From: Raillietiella orientalis
Taxonomy: Eukaryota
Assembly: GCA_036172245.1 (NCBI GenBank)
Contig: JAYWIR010000050.1
Span: 1,172,261-1,192,260, forward strand
DNA: 20,000 nt
Direction: 5' to 3'
The position numbers were made by a program, and so were the translations under genes. Positions 11,398 through 20,000 of the stretch are shown piece after piece; the first letter of the stretch is position 1; each line of letters begins with the position of its first letter. The notes under the pieces were generated by a model. That model was not told where the DNA came from and did not search any database. It was given only the letters and a program-made list of their open reading frames with translations.

Positions 11398-13994
11398 ATG
11401 TGAGAAATACATTAACAACATGCACCTTTGAGTCAGGGTGTTTTTTTTTTTTTTTTCTAAATTCTTAATCAGTAGTGTTTTATAAATGTCCCAATAATCT
11501 CAAGAGCAGTAAATTTGTTCAATACTTGTATCTCATGAGAGATTGGGAAAGTTTTATTAAATCATGTATTATTCTTAACTGATGCATTATCATAATTTAT
11601 TCCTTGTTTTTTTAAAAGTGAAATAAGATTCAAATACTCTACAAATTTGCATGCTTCTTTTGAAACAATATTTAATTCTTTATTGCCTATGTGCAATGAG
11701 GTTACAGTAATAGAGTAGTAGATATAAAGATGCATAGCTAATACTCAGTAATTTTTATGTGCACCCAGTGTCTCCATAAATTTTGGAATCATGAAAAAGC
11801 TGACTGAGCTGCTGTTAGCTATAAAAGTAGGGGAGTAATATAAGATTTTTTAAATAGAGAATGTTCAAATTTCGTTCAAATTTGTTTGTTATTATACAAG
11901 GTGATCCGATTTGATTACGTTCACCCAAAGTGAATCAGAAGAAGGACCATGAAGACACCTGTGATTTTATTGAAATAAACACGCATATACTTCAAAGAAA
12001 AAGTAGACTTCCAGAATGAAAAGATACGTCTTCTGTTGTTTCAGATCACTCTAAGTGAAAAAAGAGAATTGCTAGATGTCATTTGCAATTTTGGAAAATA
12101 TCTTCCAAGTTTACGAAAACATTATTGCATCCATTGAATGTATTTTGTGAGAGAATTCAATTGGGTTTTCGTTGGATTTAAAAAAACTATAATTCCTTCA
12201 CATCCTCATTCATGTATAACCAATATCATTCTGCGTTATCTTATTAAGTGGAGACGTATAATGCAATTTATAACTTTAGTTATAAGCAGAGGATTTTTTT
12301 TGCTCCCATTTGAGTAGTCTTTAATTTCTTGTTATCATTTCAGATGCATGTTCCCTGTTCTTGTATTTGAACAATATTTTCTGTTTGTTTGTAATTGGCA
12401 GTGTTTGATCTTCTGTTAAAGTCATTTTTATGTCTTTAATTTTTCATGACTGTATGCTTTTTAATTTTTGTCATTTAGATATTTTTTTTCTTCATTCCCG
12501 TATTTCGGATTGTGCACTGCTATAGAAAAGAGTAAAATTGTTGCTCCCTCAGAAATCATTATGGTTTGTAGTATGGAAAGAGTGAGATATTAAAATGATC
12601 TTGTCTGATCTTTAAAATTAAAAATCAGAACAATACTATGTTTAAAACGAATCCTTCATTCCAATTTCAAAGTTGACGTATTTTGCAGCAATACCCCACT
12701 CTTTTCAGTATATTCATGTGCACACCCGCAACGTATTCAAGCAATGTATGATCTTTCGAGTACTCTACCTGTGTACTCTTCCGAAATTGTTTACTTGCTT
12801 CGACGACGTAGCCTGACGTACAGGTTTGAGAATTAAACTACGTTTTTTTCTCCGGAACATAGTTCAGGAGTTAGCTTTTTACGATGTCAATTATTTGGAC
12901 GTATAGGCGAATTTTTTTAGCACAAGAACTCGATGTATCCTATTTTTGAATTATCGGAACTCAGAAATGAAGAACGAACATCAGAAGATGCTCTCGATTA
13001 AAACTCTCAGCGTGTTGTTTTCCAGAATAACCTGCTTTATGAGGACAATCTCGCAGATTCTCGTGTTTTGTTTTGTTTTTTCGAAGCAATTAATTTGGAA
13101 GAAAGTTACAGTAGATTAAAGTAAATTCTTTAGTAAATGCTTAACCTCTTTCTTGGCGTCTGCGTTGCAGAATTCTCGAAAAAAATGAACTTCTAAAGTC
13201 ATCCTAACCATTTTTCACTCACAGATGGTAAAGATTCGTACCTTTTTACTTTCGGTGAAGAACACACATAAACTATATCATAAATGATGTTTTCAGTTGC
13301 AGCTACCTAACTAGTAAATATTTAAATATGAATATAGTAAATATTTAAATATACATATTTTAGAATATTAATATATTGGTCTTCCTAGCCACAGGACTTA
13401 CAATGTACACATCATTAATTCAAATGTGTGCTTTCAAAAGTTTGGATTTCTATTTCATTACTTTGATTTCTTTACTGCTGTCCCCAAAGGTTTTTCTTGA
13501 AGGTAGTGAGGGGTGACAACTCCTTGCTTAAGAAAGGAAGAAAAGGACTTATTCCTCAAGAATAATGATTAATGAGAAACTTTACAAGTTAGATTCATCG
13601 CAAAGCTCATCTTTTATAAGAATGTGTTAAATGTGTTTTTACGTGACATAAAAGTTTTCTTCACCGGGAAGAGCATAATTGGAAAACAAATAGTCATTCC
13701 ATGCACATATCATTCCATTTTGTGCATCCCTTTTGAATGGAGTAGTTGATTGAACTGCAAAATCTTTTGGTTCGATCTGTGTTTTTTGGACGAGTTACAT
13801 ATATGCCAATTTATAATATGAAACTATCTCTGATGCTAAACTAGGATTATGTGTGGTTTGAATTCTGTTTGAAAATTCACATCTGTTGGAAAAAAATTTT
13901 AGATTTGATTTTGAATATAGATTTGTACAACAGGCATTCAATATTTATGTAAAATATTCACATTCAAGTAAGCATGTTTTTGTTTAATTTTTAG

Positions 13995-14212
13995 GATTGT
14001 TATGATGATTTACCTCCCAGTTTCAAAAAGGATTCAAGTTTATGTAGAACCTTAAATAGCCCAAAGAGTATTTCAGCACAGACAAAGGATTCCACGATTA
14101 AAAAATCAATGTCGTGCATATCACAAAAGTCAGATTTTTACAAAAATGAAGTACTAATACATGATCCTCTAAAACGATCCCATTCACTGGAAAATCTTTT
14201 AGGTGTAAATTT
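13995..14212 (+). CDS. GRAMD1: Probable upstream coding exon of the GRAMD1 gene (Ser/Lys-rich N-terminus)
   Basis: TTTTTAG acceptor and GTAAGT donor enclose a 218-nt open frame (DCYDDLPPSFKKDSS...PLKRSHSLENLLGVN). Its phase-2 end fits the exon at 16784. I cannot recognise any homology support. Confidence 0.65.
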
Positions 14213-14663
14213 GTAAGTACGTGATGAAAATTTTGCATGTCTGCATTGTTTATAGAAGCATGAATGTTATGCTGATTTCACTTGTTCAGTACACGTTTCC
14301 TGAATTGAATAAGTGTTTAAATTTTGCAATGTTATGATATGATATGATAGAGTAATGGGGTGCTGTGCAAATTAGTAGCCTTAAAATATCAATAGCAAGT
14401 ATCTTGGGCAATCATGAACTGTTAAATTTATAATCAAAGCAATGTTTTCAATTATTCTGCCCTCATGAATTATGATCACTGAAGAGTCTTATGTTGGAAT
14501 TTTGGAATTAAGAGTTTCATGATTCCCCTCTTTTGAAGATATCTTGACTTGGTATGATAACAGAGTATTAATTATACAATAACAGAATTCATCCTGATTA
14601 TTTTATTCAAAATTAGCGATATTCATGCATAATTCATGTTCCATTACACATTAAAATTTCACG

Positions 14664-14929
14664 TGGGTTTTAATGGTGTTTGACTCTGTTATCTGGTGAA
14701 TTTGTGTTCTCTCTCCGATTAATCAGTTCTGTACTGATTCACTCATCTCTTTCGATGCCCCCTCTATGTTCGGTCTCTTCAGTTCTGGTCAAACATCTTA
14801 CTCATTCCATAAGAAGTTTCTGTTTTTCTTCGTTTTGAGATTCAAAAGTTTGCCATCGTTTTCTTCTCGGTTTGCATTCTCGGTGATCAGGAATTTCGTG
14901 ATCACCTAAAATCATGTTCTAAGCAAACA
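14664..14929. repeat. Diverged direct repeat A, copy 2 (in a GRAMD1 intron)
   Basis: Collinear with 11147-11397; retains more CpG; contains the inverted repeat GGTGATCA-9nt-TGATCACC at 14882-14906. Confidence 0.75.
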
Positions 14930-16374
14930 GGGAAAGTAATTCGGAGCTGGGAGATCGATGATGCAGGATTGATTTGGACGTTTGTTAAATGATGACAATT
15001 TAACTGTACAGAAGAGCCCCCCCAGTCTCCAAATAACTTATACAGTTTTCCACTTCTCTGTAGTTGTAGTTTCGGAGTTGTGAAGTCATTAGAAATTTCA
15101 GGGTTTTCGTTTCAATCTTGCGAAATTCCCATACACCAGAAGTTCTTCTATAGTAATCAAATTTGGGGGGGGGGGGGAGAGGAAAAGAAGTTTGCCAACT
15201 TTGAACTTTTTTCGGTCACTTGATTTGTTGGATATCCATGGCATAGTGTGCTGCGTATTGTAGCAATCATATTTCAAGAACTAAGACTGCAACCAGTTCT
15301 CACTTACTGTCACTCGTGATAGTAAATGAGAATCATTACTATCATAGTGTCATTCATGATAGTAGATGAGAATCGGATGTAGCCTTCTCAGTCCACGTGA
15401 TGGCACGCATCATTCGTGATGTGCATTGTACACAGTTTTCAAAGCTCGGCATGCTAGCTGTGGTATTTGTGGCCACTTGGTTCACAGCAGTGTGCCATAA
15501 TTTTGAAGGATCAGGTGTTTCCGCTAATGGTTCTATCTGCAGAGCAATTTCCTGCTGGTGTTCTGCCGTGATTCGGTTGCAACATAATTCGGTACAGTTT
15601 GTCATTCTTTGTGTTCTTGAGTGTTCGGGAAGATGTAGGAAAATGGTTTACGATAATTTGGGTCGTTGTTAAGAGAGTTTAAAGAGATTTCTGCTAGCTT
15701 TGCGAATACTTTTGTCAAAGATTCAAACGTTTGTCGTGTCGCAGGACAGGCGACTGGATGTTGCGTGGGTGAAACGTGGGATGCTTAGGGTTTCGTCCAT
15801 GTTGTTCAGCCTTGTTTGCTTCAGTTTGTTGGATTTTCACTCGTGCTTTCGTTTTTGTTTTTTTTAACTTGAGCTTTGCAAACCACTTTTGATGCGCTTA
15901 TCTGATGGAAAGCTTTATCCACGAGCTCCAAAAAGTGGACAAAGGATGTCTGCGTTCTGACCGTCAGGGTTCGAATGATTGCACCCACTTCCAACGTGTC
16001 CCTGTATCGATGCAACCTATTATATTTCCAACAACACTCAAGCCTCAGGGTTACTCCATGCACGTTTTTGCAGTGTTCCCATATTTATGGTGCCGACGTT
16101 AGCGTGATGCTCTGTAAATCAGTTTGTCAACTTTTGGGACAACTCTTGGGTTTTTTCTGTTCCGTTTTCTGCTTGTGGGTATTTTTTAGCTTTATTTGCT
16201 CATGGTGGACTGTAAATAGTAACCTTGAAATCATGAAAATATGGAGAGAATGGTTGACTTTACGTGCATCCAATGTTTTTACAGCGTCTCCCCCCCCCCC
16301 CCCCCAAAAAAGAAAAAAAAAAAATTGATCCCTTAAGACGTAGCTTCTTTCTGCAATGCCCAAAGAAGGCCAAT

Positions 16375-16465
16375 ATTTCAATTCAAGAATGGTATGTAAC
16401 TATGGTGGAATGAAGCAGCTTGAGCCTCAAACGCGCTTTTATCTTTATAGTAAGGAAAACAGATG
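16375..16465. repeat. Direct repeat B, copy 1 (91 bp)
   Basis: Ungapped match to 17763-17853, 80/91 identical by manual count; core TGGAATGAAGCAGCTTGAGCCTC.AACGCGCTTT. Confidence 0.9.
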
Positions 16466-16783
16466 CCTTTGAGGTTACAGAAAGGATTTTTTTCGTGCTT
16501 ATGAGATTACCTTTTCCATTTTTTATCCTAATGCTGTTTAAAAAGTATCCACAAATTATGAGCTTTCGGATGAAAACTTCTTACTTACTTGCCCCGTGTT
16601 ATACACTATGCGTTCGGTTCGGTGTGTGTACGCATTTTTAGAAGAAACTTTAGGCCTTCGATTCGTAGACCCGTGAAGCCGTGCTATACCGTCGGTAACG
16701 GACGTCTGTGACATCAGGCCGGAAACTCTGTGAATTTCTGGTTGCATGGTGAAAATTTATTTTGGCATTTTTCTCCAATACAG

Positions 16784-16931
16784 AATGCCACTGAACCATG
16801 AAGACAGGCCAACATTTATGAAGCAACCTGGAGGGGTTGCAGTCAATGCTGAAATAGGAAGTGAATCGTCACTGTCATATCAGCAGTTGTTGAAATCAGC
16901 TGCGAGCGATTCTTCGCAGACCTCCTCAGAG
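16784..16931 (+). CDS. GRAMD1: Probable internal coding exon of the GRAMD1 gene
   Basis: TACAG acceptor and a consensus GAG|GTAAGT donor enclose an open frame MPLNHEDRPTFMKQPGG...SDSSQTSSE. Phase 2 in and phase 0 out links 14212 to 18572 in frame. Confidence 0.72.
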
Positions 16932-17762
16932 GTAAGTGTTCTTTCTTTTCGACGGCTGACCTGGTTCTTCACGGAATGCAGTGTTCGGGTTGACGCGGGT
17001 GGAACTTCCACCTTCTTCCGGGTGCATGTAGACGTTTAGGCGGGTGTTGTTGAGATTCCTGGAAGTGATGGAAAAACTTGCGGGCAGTCCTCGTGTTAGA
17101 TTCACACCCGAATTTCGAAAGGTGCTGCCGACATCCGAAGCATTCAGATTCGGTTTCTTGGAGATGATGTTTTCGTCTGATGGAGTGGGTTTTGCGTAGG
17201 GGAGTATGGAAGCATTAGCCCCATCGCCTTGAAATACCGTGGGTAGCCGCGGTTGTCACGGAGAGATTTAGGTGTTTGCATCTTCGAATCGATTTCTGTT
17301 CGGTTCTTTCACTGTTTTGCTTGCAGTAAAGTTTCACATTTATAAAAGCGTGGACGTGGTCCATGCACACTTAACTTATGTGCATCTCTAGGTCTCATCT
17401 TTTGGTCATATGGCTCCTTTCAGTCCATTTACATGCATTGCCCATCGTGTTGTTCATATTCTTAAATTAATATCCTTTGACATGGTTGACCCCAAATTTA
17501 CCTTTCTTCGTTGTGTGTGTTTTGTCCATGTGGACTTCGGTTTTGGACGAGAATTGTGTGCTCGCAAATCATTCGCCTTCTAGGAGCTTGGCATGACTTT
17601 TCTGGGAAATCCATGTAAGCCCTACGAAAACTCTTGTGGACGTTTCCTACCAACCCGTAATGCAAGGCATTTCATCGGACTGAACCTGAAAAGCCTTCCG
17701 TTGTTTCTGTCCACGGTGGATGCGATCCCTTCTCGTTTTCCGAAAGACTGAAGGACCCTTCC

Positions 17763-17853
17763 ATTTCGATTCAGGAATAGTGTTTAACTACGTTGGAATG
17801 AAGCAGCTTGAGCCTCGAACGCGCTTTCATTTTTATAGCAAGGAAAACAGATG
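17763..17853. repeat. Direct repeat B, copy 2 (91 bp)
   Basis: Ungapped match to 16375-16465. This explains the near-identical ORF starts MSLKRAFIFIVRKTD and MSLERAFIFIARKTD in the ORF track. Confidence 0.9.
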
Positions 17854-18571
17854 TCATGCATAGGAAATTCCCGTGTTCTTTCACGGGTGTGGCGGTTCCA
17901 ATGGTTTCTGAGGTCTTGCCGGTGTTGGAATTCCGTGTTTTTGTGCTTCTTCCTCGGTGCTTGTTGTTGTCGTTCGACCTTGCTCGTTGGATTTCGTGCT
18001 TCGAAGGGGAACTTCTTAACGAACCCAGAAGTACTTGCAGTGCTTGGAAGAATTAGTGAGTATTTAGTAGTACTTCACTCTTGGAGGTGAACTTTGATTT
18101 ATCGCACGTGCTTTTGTGTTTTGATCCGACCTTTTATAGCAGCAGTCATCAGAGTGAAACGCGCACAGGTGGTTCGCTCTCAAAAGGGCAGCACACTCAC
18201 TCCAGGTTTACTGATTTGGGGGCCCGCCTTCCATTTATGGAAAAGGCTCTCATACCTTTGGATATGTTAGCGTACACGCTTCGGCCGTACCTGTACAAAA
18301 ATTGTATACGAGGCGCAGTGCTTGGACGCACTTGAGCAGTTGGTTTGCTGCATCATATACGGTGCTTTGGCAAAGTTGGCTCTGAATTCAGGCGGTCTCG
18401 ATGGAGGGAAACGACCTCGCGAATTCAAGAAATTGCTGTGTTACCTCTTGTGGTGGTGTGGTTGTGTGGCTGTGGAAAATCTGAACCTACGAAAGTGTAT
18501 GTGGCGAAATAGCCAGGTGCACGCGGTAAACATTCCGCAGCTGCTTTATCTCCTCATTCTCTCTTTGCCAG

Positions 18572-19399
18572 AATATCGCCACTGATAATTTTTCGGAGCA
18601 GCCCGAGAGCGGGACTCCACAGGGTGCCAAATCTGGCGCTCTCGGCCGCCGACGTGCCTGGTATAATATGCTGTCGCCCACCTATAAAGTGAGGAGTAAC
18701 GAATTTCACAGGATTTTCAAGATTTTGGAAACAGAAAAACTAATCGTTGGTAAGTTTTCTTTGAAAAAAAAAAAAAAAAAGAGGAAAAAAAAAAGGAAAA
18801 AAAAAAGCCCAATAGCTCAGTTTATATAAACTTTATGTTTAAAAGTCAGGCTTTTATTTTTTAATAGCACATTGTAATTGAATATAGATTATTCTTGTGC
18901 GCTTCAAAAGGATATATTAATCCAAGGAAGAATGTACATTTCGCAAAACTATGCTTGCTTTTACGCAAATTTTTTTTGGTGGGAAACCTTGGTAAATTTG
19001 CCATTTTGTAAAGAAGATGAATACTCAATCAATATGCATTTAGGTTATCATTGATTGCAAACAGATCACATCCATAACAAAAGAAAAAACAGCATTGGTT
19101 ATCCCAAATGCGATCCAGGTTTCGATGAGTAATGGAGAAAAACATTTCTTTACCTCTCTAACCGCTAGAGATAAAACTTATCTCATGTTGTTTCGAGTGT
19201 GGCAAAATGCCCTTTTAAACCAGGTTTTATTCCCCTTTTGTGACCATTCGTTGTTCAGTACTTGTTTATTTTGTTGCAGTCTATGAGCCAAGATGAGTTC
19301 TGGCAACTCGTACGTATGTCGTACGGAGAAGGTCTTGGTCCTGATTCCTTTGATATTGACAAAACTGCTATCATAGAACCTAAAACCGTTTCGAAACAG
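18572..19399 (+). CDS. GRAMD1: GRAM domain-containing protein 1 (Aster/LAM sterol-transfer family): GRAM-domain exons; the gene continues beyond the window
   Basis: Exons 18572-18749, 18888-18991, 19044-19223 and 19280-19399 are all GT-AG and in phase: ...AWYNMLSPTYKVRSNEFHRIFKILETEKLIVDYSCALQKDILIQGRMYISQNYACFYANFFWWETLVIIDCKQITSITKEKTALVIPNAIQVSMSNGEKHFFTSLTARDKTYLMLFRVWQNALLNQSMSQDEFWQLVRMSYGEGLG. This closely resembles the GRAMD1A/B GRAM region as I recall it. No stop is reached, and the VASt and transmembrane domains are expected downstream. Confidence 0.94.
18763..18806. repeat. Interrupted poly(A) tract in a GRAMD1 intron
   Basis: About 44 nt of A runs broken by GAGG and GG, starting 13 nt after the donor at 18750. 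Confidence 0.9.
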
Positions 19400-19677
19400 G
19401 TAAAGTAAGCAGATTCGTTCTCGGAACTCGGGAGTCGAATGTTGGTAACCAATTTGTGTGTGTGCGAGTGATGAGAGGCGCTGCCCGGTGGATCGGTCGC
19501 CCCTTAACGAATGGACTGTGTGTGTGTTGTTTTCCGGAAAACGTACTTTCCGCTCTGCCGGGATGGCGCCGATTCCCGGTCGGATCCGCGCGCGAACGAA
19601 GTGCCATCCGCAAACTGTTGCGAGCAGTCCGGAACGAACTTTCCTTAGCCGTTGTCCGGCTCGGCGTGAGCACGGAA

Positions 19678-19681
<4 letters not shown>

Positions 19682-19715
<34 letters not shown>
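19682..19715. repeat. (TC)n microsatellite
   Basis: About 17 perfect TC units in the GRAMD1 intron. Confidence 0.95.
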
Positions 19716-19717
<2 letters not shown>

Positions 19718-20000
19718 ATGTAAGATCCGGGCATCGCAGGATGGATTGGGTTTATTCACTTGCCGTTTGACCGCTTGTGCATACTTTCATGATCGCCCGA
19801 GTCTTTTTGGCTGTCCCTCTTCCGGGAAAAAATATCCTGGAAAAATATATATCCCGCGTATCCGCCAAGTGGTGTGCGCTTCCCCCCTCCCCCGTCCCCC
19901 GTACCCCCCCCCCTTCCCCCCCAAAAAAAGAGGAAAGAGTGTTTCAGAAGAGGAAGACGTTTAGAGATGCCCTCTTTTGTTTGGCTGGCGTTTTATAAGG

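Noticed and set aside
11893..12260. TATACAAGGTG resembling a Tc1/mariner terminal inverted repeat start
   Set aside because: I found no matching inverted partner and no transposase frame in the window.
13312..13352. TAGTAAATATTTAAATAT repeated twice (also GAAGAATATAAC twice near 5900-5960)
   Set aside because: Two-copy low-complexity slippage duplications; not a CRISPR-like or satellite array.
15354..16381. Cluster of 65-117 aa ORFs on both strands inside the GRAMD1 intron
   Set aside because: No recognisable homology to reverse transcriptase, integrase or host proteins; explained by locally higher GC.
18487..18681. Minus-strand ORF containing RAPDLAPCG, reminiscent of the mariner transposase YSPDLAP motif
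   Set aside because: It is the antisense reading of a well-supported GRAMD1 exon, with no other DDD/E transposase motifs or terminal repeats.
19178..19998. Several long overlapping ORFs (104-193 aa) on both strands
   Set aside because: They arise from stop-poor GC-rich intron sequence and the TC microsatellite (ERERER/SLSLSL); no recognisable domain.

Overview
AT-rich animal genomic DNA with very short spliceosomal introns (mostly 41-56 nt). The intron size, TTTCAG-like acceptors and tight gene packing suggest a compact invertebrate genome, possibly an early-branching nematode (inference). The left quarter holds a dense three-gene cluster. It consists of a 7-exon actin-related protein 10 / dynactin Arp11 gene (+, 1087-2697), a 2-exon 102-aa uncharacterised single-pass membrane protein gene (+, 2784-3138), and a 9-exon Hippo-pathway scaffold salvador/SAV1 gene (-, 4875-3164) whose stop codon is only 25 bp from that of the small gene. 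About 5-13 kb is mostly non-coding. The right part carries the 5' portion of a GRAMD1/Aster-type GRAM-domain gene (+) that runs off the window end. The points most worth a second look are the operon-like 86-bp spacing, the tail-to-tail antisense overlap, a possible ATG-only micro-exon, a Met-Met-stop uORF abutting the sav start, and diverged intronic repeats whose differences look like CpG deamination, alongside a mosaic CpG landscape. I found no convincing wholly novel system and no rRNA, tRNA, CRISPR array or intact transposase.
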